Source of the DNA: a virus
Taxonomy: Duplodnaviria > Caudoviricetes
Direction: 5' to 3' (one strand)
DNA length: 59,513 nucleotides
Virus record (IMG/VR): IMGVR_UViG_3300027851_000002
Span: 1-59,513 of that record
Shown here: piece after piece, positions 9,351 through 19,253 of the stretch
How the letters are laid out: each line of letters begins with the position of its first letter
How positions within the stretch are numbered: the first letter of the stretch is position 1
The notes under the pieces: generated by a model
Seen by the model: the letters and a program-made list of their open reading frames with translations, nothing else
The model's database searches: none
Told to the model about the DNA's origin: nothing
Position numbers and translations under genes: made by a program

Positions 9351-10349
9351 ATGTCAAAAGATCAAAAAGATAAATTTGTACGCGTCATTGACTCCAGCTG
9401 CACCCATGATTATCCGGAGCGCACCCATACGATCAATGTTCGCGGCGAAAAAATTGCTGTGGTGTTCAAGTTTGGCGAGGAGAAAATCCTGCCGTTTGAG
9501 CAAGGCGCGAAATTCACCGGCATCGAAGGCTTCCGTGTTGAAGCCGTGGATGGCCACAGCATCGATATTCCTGCGGTGCCCACAGATAGCGTTGCCGCAC
9601 AGCTGGCGCGTGATGAATGTGTTGCGAAGTTCAAAGAGCTGACCCTACCCTCTCTCAAGGTGCGGGCGGCGCAGAAGCAAGGCGGCGAGATTTACTTGGA
9701 TGCGGATGATGATTCCCGCGCCGAGATCATTGCCTTTATCATGGGCGAGCCGCCTGCCGATACAGGCACCGGCAAGGATGAAGATGGATTTGTCGATGGT
9801 GAAGATGATCTTCTTGAAGATGATGGTGAAGAAAATCAGGGCGTTCCAGATGATGTCTCTGACGAAGCCCCCGCTGAAACCGGAGATGGCGAAGGCGCTT
9901 TCGCACCAACACTGGCAGACGATCACCAGAAGCGCGTGGACGAAATCGTTGAATACTTCGGTAAAGGCTACGAAGGTGTCACCTTCCAGCAACTCGATGA
10001 ACGTGATGATGGTGTAGCCACTTTTGCGGTTGTTGCCATTGTCGAAGGCAGCGATACCGTTATCGCTTCGGGCACATTCCTTGAACTGCAAGAAGCTGTT
10101 TTGCAAAACCATCCCGCTCCGCCGCATTTTCCCTTGCAGGCAAAAGGCGGCGATGCAGAGGTAAAGTTTGCCCTGAACGAGATCAAGGGCGCAACTGACG
10201 AAGCCTTGCAGCTCTGCGTTGATTATGGTGTTGACATTAAAACACTGATCGGCACCGGCAAGGATGGGAATGTCCTGAAAGGCGATGTCGAAAACTATAT
10301 CCGCGAAAACGATCTGAAACCTGTTACTCACACCATGGCTGGGGAATAA
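9351..10349 (+). CDS. Acidic protein with C-terminal E3-binding (peripheral subunit-binding)-like domain
   Basis: 'ATDEALQLCVDYGVDIKTLIGTGKDGNVLKGDVENY' matches the PSBD pattern. Confidence 0.7.
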   Translation: MSKDQKDKFVRVIDSSCTHDYPERTHTINVRGEKIAVVFKFGEEKILPFEQGAKFTGIEGFRVEAVDGHSIDIPAVPTDSVAAQLARDECVAKFKELTLPSLKVRAAQKQGGEIYLDADDDSRAEIIAFIMGEPPADTGTGKDEDGFVDGEDDLLEDDGEENQGVPDDVSDEAPAETGDGEGAFAPTLADDHQKRVDEIVEYFGKGYEGVTFQQLDERDDGVATFAVVAIVEGSDTVIASGTFLELQEAVLQNHPAPPHFPLQAKGGDAEVKFALNEIKGATDEALQLCVDYGVDIKTLIGTGKDGNVLKGDVENYIRENDLKPVTHTMAGE

Positions 10350-10407
10350 CCTCCTGCCGGTTTGGCTCGGGCTCGCTTGACCCAGAATACCTGAAAGGCA
10401 GGCAGAC

Positions 10408-11178
10408 TTGCCAAACATACAGAGTGCTAAAATTGTTGCAGAGAACGCCCTGAGTACAATCGGGGCGTTCCCTGCTTCTCAATCCGCTCCAGACCCCGGA
10501 GAGATGAAGAAAACGCTTCGCTGGCTCGAAATGCTTATCAATTTCGAGAGCGGTATCCGGCCTTTGGCTGGGTTCTGGCAGGTATTCGATATTCCGATTG
10601 AAGCCGGTGTTGGTGATTACGACATGGCCGATTACGCCGAGGAGCGAGGGGTATGTCACGTATTCAGCGCATTTATCGTTGATGCCAATGGCGATACAGA
10701 TCCTATCGATTTTCAGTACGAAAGCCAGTCCGTAGCCGAAAACCTGAGCCGCACCGGCAGGCCGGAACGGGCAACCGTTACAAAAGACCGCGACATGGTT
10801 CTAAAGGTTTATCCGACCCCCACACAGGTCGAGGCAGATGCAGGGCTTATCATCCGCGTCAGGGTTCAGACATATCACGAAAATATTGATGATGAAGGTA
10901 TTGCCGATGAAGATATTCGTCTCAGACCTTCATGGTATCTATGGCTGACCAAAAGGCTGGGCTATGAGATCGGCTCCGGCCCCGTTCGCAGACTGTCTGC
11001 CGGAGAGCTGAAAAGCCTCAAGGAAGATGCAAAAGAAATGGAAGATGCCTTGCTTGCCCGAGATGGCAAGTATTCATCTCCCACACCACCGGTGACTGGA
11101 CCAATGGATTTAAGCGTGGACTGTGACCCCGTGATACGCGGAAGCGGAAACGGCAGATACAGGACAAGGGGAGTATAA
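10408..11178 (+). CDS. Head-tail adaptor (P22 gp4-like)
   Basis: TTG start; 'A..IVA.NAL..IG......PD.GE....L..LE.LI' pattern and position. Confidence 0.6.
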   Translation: MPNIQSAKIVAENALSTIGAFPASQSAPDPGEMKKTLRWLEMLINFESGIRPLAGFWQVFDIPIEAGVGDYDMADYAEERGVCHVFSAFIVDANGDTDPIDFQYESQSVAENLSRTGRPERATVTKDRDMVLKVYPTPTQVEADAGLIIRVRVQTYHENIDDEGIADEDIRLRPSWYLWLTKRLGYEIGSGPVRRLSAGELKSLKEDAKEMEDALLARDGKYSSPTPPVTGPMDLSVDCDPVIRGSGNGRYRTRGV

Positions 11179-11184
11179 ACGGAC

Positions 11185-12813
11185 ATGGCGCGGGCAAAAA
11201 TAGCAGAGTTCGGTATCATTCAGAAGGCGCTGGCGCAGGCGGTTGTCACCTTTTATGCTGCTGATGCCGATGGAAACAATACCGGTGTCAAGGCAACGAT
11301 TTATGCTGCCTCAACAGGTTCTGGTCAGGTCGAGAACCCGCAGACGCTGGGCGATAACGGCATGTTGCCGATGGATTGTTGGGTGGAATCCCAGATCGTG
11401 GCCGCTATCACAGGTATTACGGAGCGTACGGAGAGGTCAATCAAAAAAATAAAGCAAAACCCTCTGGAATTTGCCCTGCCGGTGACAAATGCTGCGGTTT
11501 ATGCTCTCGACTTACAGGTCGCCGTTACAGACGCAGAGGCGGCTCGTGATGCTGCTCAAATCTCTGCTACAAACGCTGCGGATTCTGAGGTACAGACAGG
11601 CCTTGATGCCGTTGCAACGGCTGCTGACCGTATTGCTACCGGAAATGATGCCACGGCAACCGCTGCCGACCGCGTCCAGACCGGGCTTGACCGAACTGCG
11701 GCTGAGAACGCTGCGGCTGCGGCGGCATCCAGTGCCGCTGAGGGCCTATACAATGATGTAATCACACTGACATCAGCAGATAGCCCTTATGTGCCTTCTC
11801 TGGCGCAGGAAGGCACCATGTTCCGTCTGGATATGACCAGCGGTGCAATAACGATCAATCTGTCTGCGCTTTCGGTATATGGCGAGGATATGAAGTTTGC
11901 GTTTGTTAAGGTGGACGCAACTGGCAATGCGGCCACGATCAATAGAGGCGGAACAGATACTATTGAGGGCAACACATCCGCCAGCCTTTCAATTCAATAT
12001 GAGAGCAATGTTTTTGTTGGTGATAGCGCAACAGGCATGTGGATAGATGTTGTACAGTCCACCGGAATTGCTGATGGTTCTGTGACAAATGCTAAAATAG
12101 CAGATAATGCAGTAACAACTGCAAAAATTAACAACTCCGCTGTAACTACGGATAAAATTAACAACGATGCCGTAACCCTAGCAAAGATGGCCGCTGGCAC
12201 AGCCGGAAACCTCATTACCTATGACGCAAGCGGTAATCCCGCAGCGGTGGCAACTGGTACGGCTGGACAGGTGTTGACAAGTAACGGTGCGGGGGCTGCG
12301 CCTACTATGCAGGATGCAGCGGCTGGCGGTAAACTTATCAACAGATGGGTTGCTACTTACACCGGAAACGCTGCTCTTAGTACAATAATACCAAATGATA
12401 ATACTGTTCCTCAGAATACTGAGGGCACTGAAATTCTCTCCACATCTGTCCAGCAGTCAGCTGCTGGAAACATTATGCGTTTTACTTTTATAGGTTCGGC
12501 TTCAATTACAAGAACGGGTTCGGCGGGCGCAGAATATGATGGTTTGGTAACTCTATTTACAGACCTTAGTTCGGATGCGGTTCAAGCAGGTGTGTGTAAC
12601 GGTTGGCTTGCTACAATAGGTGTTTACAGTCGCGCTCAGACAATAGGTTTTATACATGAAATGAGCTTTGGTGACACAGCCGCACACACCGTTTCTGTTC
12701 GCGCAGGACCAGGAATTTCCAGCAGTTCAATGCGATTTAATTATCAGATTAGCGGAGCTTTATTTGGCGGAGCAATGTCCGCAGTTCTTATTATTGAGGA
12801 GATAGAGCCATGA
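11185..12813 (+). CDS. Tail fibre protein
   Basis: Ala-rich 'ATAADRVQTGLD' repeats, 10-aa 'AVTTAKI' repeats, 'GTAGQVLTSNGAGAAP'. Confidence 0.8.
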   Translation: MARAKIAEFGIIQKALAQAVVTFYAADADGNNTGVKATIYAASTGSGQVENPQTLGDNGMLPMDCWVESQIVAAITGITERTERSIKKIKQNPLEFALPVTNAAVYALDLQVAVTDAEAARDAAQISATNAADSEVQTGLDAVATAADRIATGNDATATAADRVQTGLDRTAAENAAAAAASSAAEGLYNDVITLTSADSPYVPSLAQEGTMFRLDMTSGAITINLSALSVYGEDMKFAFVKVDATGNAATINRGGTDTIEGNTSASLSIQYESNVFVGDSATGMWIDVVQSTGIADGSVTNAKIADNAVTTAKINNSAVTTDKINNDAVTLAKMAAGTAGNLITYDASGNPAAVATGTAGQVLTSNGAGAAPTMQDAAAGGKLINRWVATYTGNAALSTIIPNDNTVPQNTEGTEILSTSVQQSAAGNIMRFTFIGSASITRTGSAGAEYDGLVTLFTDLSSDAVQAGVCNGWLATIGVYSRAQTIGFIHEMSFGDTAAHTVSVRAGPGISSSSMRFNYQISGALFGGAMSAVLIIEEIEP

Positions 12814-13163
12814 ACGTAAACGGAATGACAGTACTGTCTGCGCAATACGCGAACGAAGGTAAGACGGAAATATGCCTTTTTACAAAAGAAAAAGGGGCCG
12901 TTATTTTATCCAGCGTTGACGAAGGAACTTGGAAGAAGCTTTTATCTTCTGAGGTTGAAATTGCGGATATGGCTGTTTTTATTACATCCGATAAAGAAAT
13001 CGCTCTCCAAAAACTCAACCAATCCGACAAAGACATGGCACGTGTTGCCGAGGACATTATCGGCGTGTTGATTGCTAAAGGCATCCTGAGCGAAAGCGAC
13101 TTTCCAGATACGGTTAAGGAAAAGCTGGCGCAACGTAAGGCCCTAAGAGACGCATTAACATGA
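12810..13163 (+). CDS. Putative fibre assembly/chaperone protein
   Basis: ATGA-coupled to the fibre gene; 'SDKDMARVAEDII..LI.KG...R..LR'. Confidence 0.5.
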   Translation: MNVNGMTVLSAQYANEGKTEICLFTKEKGAVILSSVDEGTWKKLLSSEVEIADMAVFITSDKEIALQKLNQSDKDMARVAEDIIGVLIAKGILSESDFPDTVKEKLAQRKALRDALT

Positions 13164-13197
13164 TCTCCCTAGACTACAGCACCAATACTCTAAAAGA

Positions 13198-13758
13198 ATG
13201 GGATGGCGCAGAATGATTTATATTTTGATCGTGGTTTACATGGCTGTAACAGGCCGCATGTCAGGTGGTGGCCTTGGCGCACACCTGCTGAATAAGCGCG
13301 GCACCGTAGGTCCAGATGGCAAAGACCTCGGCGGGATTGCACCGTTTAATCTGACGTGGTTGCCAGAGGTGTTGTTCTCTTTGCCTTTCGGGTGGGTGCT
13401 TTCGACTATCGTAGGGCCTTGGGGCTGGCTGGCTGCGGTGTGGTCGTACGTCTGTATGCAAACATCTACAGAGCCGGGTTTTAATATCAACTACAAAGAA
13501 AACAAAACGCTCATCCCCTATGTGAACGCGATAGCAAAAGTTCTCGGTATCAAACCGCATACACTAAATTACATGCGTCTCTGGAACGCCGTTAAAGGTT
13601 TCCTGATCGGTCTGCCGGTTGGCGGCGTTGTTCTCGCTGCGCTGTGGCCGCTTGGATATGAGATAGGCCGCCGCGTCAAACGCCACGAGGTTTCCGAGCT
13701 ATTGTCAGGTGCAGGAGCTGGAATCTCTATCTGTATTATAGTAGCTTTAAGTGGTTAA
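13198..13758 (+). CDS. Multi-pass membrane protein
   Basis: Several hydrophobic Trp/Gly-rich segments. Confidence 0.65.
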   Translation: MGWRRMIYILIVVYMAVTGRMSGGGLGAHLLNKRGTVGPDGKDLGGIAPFNLTWLPEVLFSLPFGWVLSTIVGPWGWLAAVWSYVCMQTSTEPGFNINYKENKTLIPYVNAIAKVLGIKPHTLNYMRLWNAVKGFLIGLPVGGVVLAALWPLGYEIGRRVKRHEVSELLSGAGAGISICIIVALSG

Positions 13759-13772
13759 AGGGGAATAAGGCA

Positions 13773-14033
13773 ATGAACTTTGAAAAGGTACAGGAACATG
13801 CCAAGCAAGCAGGGGATGTATTGAATCAGCCAAAGGTAGGGGTACCTGTAACTGGGTTTTTTGCCATTCTTGGAAATCTTTCTCCAGAGCAGTGGCTTAC
13901 ATATCTATCGATTTGTGCCGTTGTTGGCCAGCTCATCATATCATCCCCAAAGATTTACCAAGTCGTGAAGGGTTGGGTTATCTGTATCGGGGATGCCATT
14001 AAAAAAGCACTGAAATGGTTAAAACAGCAATGA
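13773..14033 (+). CDS. Holin (putative)
   Basis: 86 aa with hydrophobic helices, directly upstream of and overlapping the endolysin. Confidence 0.6.
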   Translation: MNFEKVQEHAKQAGDVLNQPKVGVPVTGFFAILGNLSPEQWLTYLSICAVVGQLIISSPKIYQVVKGWVICIGDAIKKALKWLKQQ

Positions 14034-14539
14034 AAAATACCTTAGCAGCTCGCGGTCTAGCCGCATTTATCGCTTTGTCTGGCATGATCGGCGCTCCAAT
14101 GACCATGCACAGTGAGGGGATGGAGCTGGCACCTTATTATGACGGTGTTGGTGTCCGGACATGGTGCGCCGGTGAAACAGAGGTCGGCGGCGACAAGGAC
14201 AGCTATACCTATGAGGAGTGCGGTTTACTGTTTCACATGCGTTACGGGTATTATTCCATGCGGGTGGCCGCGATGTATAACGATGTCGCAAAGAAGGTTG
14301 TTACCCCTGAGATACATGCCGCCTTTACCGATATGGCATATAATGTCGGACTTGGTGCTGTTGGAAGTTCAAGCATGATGCGCCATATCAATGCTTCTCG
14401 CCCGACACAGGCCTGCAATGCTATACTGCTTTATAAATATGCTGGCGGGCATGATTGTTCCGCTCCGGGCAACAAGGTCTGCGCCGGTGTATGGGGGCGA
14501 AGGCTTGAAATGAACAAGCTCTGCCTTTCAGGAATCTGA
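14030..14539 (+). CDS. SAR endolysin, GH24/T4-like lysozyme
   Basis: N-terminal Ala/Gly-rich hydrophobic anchor, then E-x8-D-x5-T triad (EGMELAPYYDGVGVRT); 'AYNVG', 'GVWGRR.E..LC'. Confidence 0.9.
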   Translation: MKNTLAARGLAAFIALSGMIGAPMTMHSEGMELAPYYDGVGVRTWCAGETEVGGDKDSYTYEECGLLFHMRYGYYSMRVAAMYNDVAKKVVTPEIHAAFTDMAYNVGLGAVGSSSMMRHINASRPTQACNAILLYKYAGGHDCSAPGNKVCAGVWGRRLEMNKLCLSGI

Positions 14540-14565
14540 CGATATAATGGGGATATAAGCACCAC

Positions 14566-15012
14566 ATGGCACCTCTTACAAAGATTCTGTCCATCGCTTT
14601 GGCTGTATGTATCGCCGTTTTGTTGCTTTTCTTTGGGCTCTGGCGGTACGAGTCGAAAAGCCATTCCGTGACGAAAGACAGGCTGGAAACGGCGATACAA
14701 ACCATTTCGGTGCATGAGAAAAACACCGAGATTTCTGAAAGGGCAAGTAATGAATATCAAGCCAATATTGATCGCCTCAACGCTGATATTAAGCGCCTGC
14801 GGGCACGACCCGCAAAGTGCATCACCTTTACCCCCTCGTCCGGCGTTTATAATGAAAAAGGACAACGGGCAGGACATGGTTCAGAAGATGGAGAAAGCGT
14901 TGGAATCCGGTCAGACTGGCTCTATGATTACGCCATAGAGGCGGAAAAGATCAGGATAGAGCGCAATGGCTGCAAGGACTTCGTAAACAAGGTATGGGAT
15001 TCTAGGAAATGA
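14566..15012 (+). CDS. rz: i-spanin (Rz)
   Basis: N-terminal TM helix plus coiled coil, after the endolysin. Confidence 0.8.
   Translation: MAPLTKILSIALAVCIAVLLLFFGLWRYESKSHSVTKDRLETAIQTISVHEKNTEISERASNEYQANIDRLNADIKRLRARPAKCITFTPSSGVYNEKGQRAGHGSEDGESVGIRSDWLYDYAIEAEKIRIERNGCKDFVNKVWDSRK
14750..14938 (+). CDS. rz1: o-spanin lipoprotein (Rz1), embedded in +1 frame
   Basis: MNIKPILIASTLILSAC lipobox followed by a Pro-rich segment, wholly inside Rz. Confidence 0.8.
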   Translation: MNIKPILIASTLILSACGHDPQSASPLPPRPAFIMKKDNGQDMVQKMEKALESGQTGSMITP

Positions 15013-15431
15013 CATCAGCTCGGACATCTGTTCAGGACTTCGCCACGGCAAATCCGGTGTATGCCAATGCTACTGTTACCGCTCATACCGTGGTTGATGG
15101 TGCCAAAACATCGGTAAAGGCCAATCTCTATGCCGCGCTGTCGGGGTCAACCCTGTTGGCCAATCCGCAGACACTGGACTCCTTCGGGAAATTTAAACAG
15201 CCCGTTTACATAGACAGCGGCGTTATTCTAACGGTAACAGGCCTCAAGAACACCCCAGATCACGATACTGGCATCGTTGCCGTGGAGCGGGTCATTTCGG
15301 GTTCCGGAGACCCAGAGGGTAGCGTTACCGCTGCTGTGGGCACTCTGTACCTGAGAACGGATGGCGGTACCTCTACGACACTATACGTGAAAGAATCAGG
15401 CTCGGGCAACACTGGATGGGTGGCAAAATAG
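15009..15431 (+). CDS. Small virion appendage protein
   Basis: 'NPQTL' anchor domain plus 'GSGDPEGSVTAAVGTLYLRTDGG...LYVKESGSGNTGWVAK' C-terminal module typical of spikes. Confidence 0.7.
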   Translation: MTSARTSVQDFATANPVYANATVTAHTVVDGAKTSVKANLYAALSGSTLLANPQTLDSFGKFKQPVYIDSGVILTVTGLKNTPDHDTGIVAVERVISGSGDPEGSVTAAVGTLYLRTDGGTSTTLYVKESGSGNTGWVAK

Positions 15432-15432
15432 T

Positions 15433-17298
15433 ATGACAAAACGTATCGCAGAATTTGATTTGTGGAGACCCGGATACGGCGGGTCCGTGGTGGATATTTT
15501 CATCGCGGGTACGTCCACTCCGGCCTCGGTTTTTCTTGACGAAGCCCTGAGCATTGCGGCTGATAACCCGCAGACGCTGGATGCAATGACTGCCGAGGGC
15601 GGGGTCAGGTATGGCAAGTTTGTCGCACCACTTTATACAGCACAGCCCTATTACCTATCCATAAATGGTATCGAAAATACCGGCATCCAAAGACAGTCAT
15701 TTTCCTCTCTAGATGGAGAAAATGCCTCAGCCGCAACTGTTATGGCACCGAACTCCGCTTATGCCGTAACGCTGGCCGCGCTGGCGGGCAGACAAGTCAA
15801 TGTGGCAAACTTCGGTGCTTTTGTTGAAGGCGGCGGTGGTGTTGCCGCTACAAATACCGCAACGATTGAGCTTGCCATTGCCGCTCTATCCGATGGCGGT
15901 TTTGTATCTATTCCGGCAGGCCTATACAAAGTGAACTCGTTCGATATTCCGGTTGGTGTTGTCCTTGTCGGTCAAGGCATCGATGCGACCGTTCTTGAAT
16001 CAATCGTTGGTGCGGCATCTTTCACCATTGTTGGCGATAATGCGGGCTTCAAGGATTTGACGCTTGATGGCAACTCTTTATCCACGGATTCAGTTGGCGT
16101 AAAGGCAGAGGCCAAGAACGGCATCGTATTTGAGAACGTAAAAATCACCAGATTTGAAACCGGCATGTACCTTTATGGTGGTACTGGATTTTCTTGGTAT
16201 GACCTTTCCATCGTGAATGTCGAAACCGCAGCAAAGCTATACGGCGAAGATGCCGTTTTCCAAGACATGATTTGGTGTGGTGGTCTTGTATCAACCGCGA
16301 CAACGGCAGGCGTTGACCTTTCATACGAGGATAACCAGTGCCAGAACATTACCTTTATTGGTGTCGGCTTCGAGGATTGTCCAGAATTTTCCGTGAATAT
16401 TAACGGTGCCCAGAACGTGAAGTTCTGCGGTTGCTGGTGGGATGGCAACACGAAAAACGTAAATATTCAGGACGATACAGATGTTCTCACCCCATCCACT
16501 GAACAGGAAAACGATACGATTATTGTCCAGTTCACGGGCGGCAGGATGAACGGTGGCACCTTTGTGGCCACCGGTACTTGTCAGGACGTAGTCCTTAAAG
16601 AGGTCAGCCTTACCGATGTAGCGTTCACGATGTCAACACCGATTGACAACTTCATCGTTCTCGAAAACTGCTATGAGGATGGTGTGACGCTTGCAGGTGA
16701 AACCGGAAAACTTGTTCGGGCGACGACATCACGTAACGGCGCTTCTTTTGGTCTGACCACAACGGCCACGGCAACAAAAGCATGGTCTATTCCACTTCTG
16801 CCCGGACAGCAGGTTTATCTTGAGGCAAAGGTGATCGGTAAAGGCCGTAACGTGGCGCAACGTGCAATTTACCATGTCGGATGTGGTGCATATCGTGCGG
16901 GTTCCGCACTTGACTATGACACACAAACAGCAAACTTCACCGCTGGAGCCGTATTGAGCGGGCAAAGCAGTGGGGCCACGGCAAGAATCCAAGCAGATTC
17001 GGATAGCGGTACCACGGGTACGCTTACTCTGACAGACATTCGTGGAGAATTTATCGACAACGAAATCATCACAGATGATAACGGAACTCCGGGCAGTGCT
17101 ACGGTCAACGGTGTTCTGACCCCTGCGAACGCTTCTCTTGATACTGTTGGAAATGTCAACCTTCGTTCGGTCTATGAAACAAACGCTGCTTGGGCAGCGG
17201 TATTTACCGCAAATGGGCCAGATATTGAATTTACCGTGACAGGTGCGGCAAGCCAGACCGTTGAATGGACTGTTCATGTAGATGTGGTGAGTACATAG
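15433..17298 (+). CDS. Tailspike with pectate-lyase-like beta-helix
   Basis: 'VNVANFGA', 'IPAGLY', 'LVGQG...TVL', 'DLTLDGN' beta-helix signatures. Confidence 0.8.
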   Translation: MTKRIAEFDLWRPGYGGSVVDIFIAGTSTPASVFLDEALSIAADNPQTLDAMTAEGGVRYGKFVAPLYTAQPYYLSINGIENTGIQRQSFSSLDGENASAATVMAPNSAYAVTLAALAGRQVNVANFGAFVEGGGGVAATNTATIELAIAALSDGGFVSIPAGLYKVNSFDIPVGVVLVGQGIDATVLESIVGAASFTIVGDNAGFKDLTLDGNSLSTDSVGVKAEAKNGIVFENVKITRFETGMYLYGGTGFSWYDLSIVNVETAAKLYGEDAVFQDMIWCGGLVSTATTAGVDLSYEDNQCQNITFIGVGFEDCPEFSVNINGAQNVKFCGCWWDGNTKNVNIQDDTDVLTPSTEQENDTIIVQFTGGRMNGGTFVATGTCQDVVLKEVSLTDVAFTMSTPIDNFIVLENCYEDGVTLAGETGKLVRATTSRNGASFGLTTTATATKAWSIPLLPGQQVYLEAKVIGKGRNVAQRAIYHVGCGAYRAGSALDYDTQTANFTAGAVLSGQSSGATARIQADSDSGTTGTLTLTDIRGEFIDNEIITDDNGTPGSATVNGVLTPANASLDTVGNVNLRSVYETNAAWAAVFTANGPDIEFTVTGAASQTVEWTVHVDVVST

Positions 17299-17300
17299 AT

Positions 17301-18719
17301 ATGCCAAATTGGGTAGATGTTCCGCTGAACAGAAAGCTTTTCAAAAACGTAGATGAGCAGGCGTTGACATCGACCTATGCGGCACTGGAAAACTGTTTTG
17401 TTACAGAAAGTAATGGTCTTTCACGTTTCCCCGGATTGAAAGATTTCTGCGATCTTGAAAGTGATAGCGACATCCATTTGTCACGATACAATAATGACCT
17501 TATCGCAGTCGGTGAGGATGGACAGACATTTCGGGTAAATACTGAAGCCGAGGCCACCAAAATACCGGGCACTCCTGTTTCCGGTGGTGAACGCACATCT
17601 TTTGCAAGAACCAGAGATGGTCTTATGATGGCAGCCGGTGCCCAGATCATTAAGTTTGATGGTAAAGAAAACAAGGTTTTATCCAAGGATGCGCCGCTAT
17701 CATCCTTTGTTGGCTACCTTGATGGCTATGTTCTTGCCGTTGAAAAAGAGTCAGGCAGGTTTCAAAACAGCAAGGTAAACGATTTCGGTACATGGGATCC
17801 TATTGATACCTTCGCCGTTGACGGTTCACCAGACAATATCAATGCCATGCTCATTACACCGTTCAACGAGATTCTCTTGTCTGGCGAAGAAAGCCTTGAG
17901 CAATATGAGCGGTATGTCGGCTCCGATGTGCCATTCTTTCGCCGTTGGGCAGTTGGTGATGGGATTTCGGAATCCGGAACGCTGTGTTTTGCCGATAATG
18001 CGGCATGGGGCCTGAATAGCCGCAGAGAGTTCGTCAGACTATCCGGCCAGACCACACAATCCGTTTCTGATGATATACAGCGCGATGTCGAGCAACGCTA
18101 CAGCATGGCCAATCTCGGATCACTGAACAAGGCTTGGGCGCTGCCGTGCTACGTCAAGGGGCAGAAATTTATTATATTCCAGTCTCCCGAAGCTGATAAC
18201 AGCTATGGAACAAAGGGTTTCACAGGGGTTTTCGATATTCGGCGCGGGCAGTGGTTTGAACTGTTTGGGTGGGATGCCGACAACGGTATCCCCGCACTTT
18301 GGCCGGGCAGGTCTGTATTCAGCTTGTGGGGGAAAACCTTTGTCGGCGGGCAGGGAAAGATATACGAGCTTGATTCCAATACCTATACCAATGGCGGCGT
18401 GGTGCAGCGGGCGTACTGCCGTAGTGCCCACTTCGATACCGGTGGTACGATGCGTGTTGATGGGGTCAAGATCACGCTCCGCCGTGGTGTGGGTACCTAC
18501 GAATATGCCCCAAAAATCATGTTCAGGGCAAATCCGGACAACCGTGGCTGGGGTCTTTGGCAAAACCGCGATCTCGGCAAGACAGGGGCAGACATGCTTT
18601 TTCTGGAGTTTGGCGCTCAGGGTACAGCAGATACATGGCAGTTCGAGATATTTATGACAGATAACGCTCCGTTCGAGTTGCGCCGTATGCAGCTCGATGT
18701 TGCCAAAGTAGTGAGGTAA
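17301..18719 (+). CDS. Tail hub/DNA stabilisation protein (P22 gp10-like)
   Basis: 'R.PGL', 'VGYLDGY', 'GSPDNI' beta-propeller pattern; ~472 aa. Confidence 0.75.
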   Translation: MPNWVDVPLNRKLFKNVDEQALTSTYAALENCFVTESNGLSRFPGLKDFCDLESDSDIHLSRYNNDLIAVGEDGQTFRVNTEAEATKIPGTPVSGGERTSFARTRDGLMMAAGAQIIKFDGKENKVLSKDAPLSSFVGYLDGYVLAVEKESGRFQNSKVNDFGTWDPIDTFAVDGSPDNINAMLITPFNEILLSGEESLEQYERYVGSDVPFFRRWAVGDGISESGTLCFADNAAWGLNSRREFVRLSGQTTQSVSDDIQRDVEQRYSMANLGSLNKAWALPCYVKGQKFIIFQSPEADNSYGTKGFTGVFDIRRGQWFELFGWDADNGIPALWPGRSVFSLWGKTFVGGQGKIYELDSNTYTNGGVVQRAYCRSAHFDTGGTMRVDGVKITLRRGVGTYEYAPKIMFRANPDNRGWGLWQNRDLGKTGADMLFLEFGAQGTADTWQFEIFMTDNAPFELRRMQLDVAKVVR

Positions 18720-18727
18720 TCGGGAAA

Positions 18728-19243
18728 ATGGCCGCACCAATTCCAAGAACGCTTGAAGCACCACCACGTACAACGGGGAATCCGCAGAGAGACCTGCCAA
18801 TCCTGATCGACTGGTTTTACCGTGCATGGCAGGTCGTACAGCAGTCGATTAACTACATCAACTCTCAGGTCAACAATCCAGATTTCAGTGTTGCCGATCT
18901 CCCAGATCCGACAAACACCACTCTGGCCAATGCACAACAGACCGCAAATGATGCCTATAACTTGGCCAATACGGCAATAAATCGCCTCAACGGATTTGTA
19001 TCCGGAACATTCACAATCTCAGATACCGATGTTGGTGTTGAACTGGTATTTTCTACACCACAACTCGATACTGATTATAGAGTTATCATACAGCCCGTAA
19101 GCTTCACCGGAACTCCGGTGGACAACGCCTTTATCGTAAAGACAAAGACCTACGCAACGGATAAATTTACTGTTATAATGTTGGCAGCGCCCGATACAAG
19201 CAACAGCGTTACCTACGAATGGCAACTCATACGAAATAGCTAG
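18728..19243 (+). CDS. Tail needle/plug-like protein
   Basis: Short coiled coil 'AQQTANDAYNLANTA' plus beta C-terminus; P22 gp26 position. Confidence 0.5.
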   Translation: MAAPIPRTLEAPPRTTGNPQRDLPILIDWFYRAWQVVQQSINYINSQVNNPDFSVADLPDPTNTTLANAQQTANDAYNLANTAINRLNGFVSGTFTISDTDVGVELVFSTPQLDTDYRVIIQPVSFTGTPVDNAFIVKTKTYATDKFTVIMLAAPDTSNSVTYEWQLIRNS

Positions 19244-19253
19244 AGGGCAAGAA

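Noticed and set aside
11590-12190. Tandem repeats in the fibre gene as a DNA-level element
   Set aside because: Degenerate at DNA level; ordinary fibre-shaft peptide repeats
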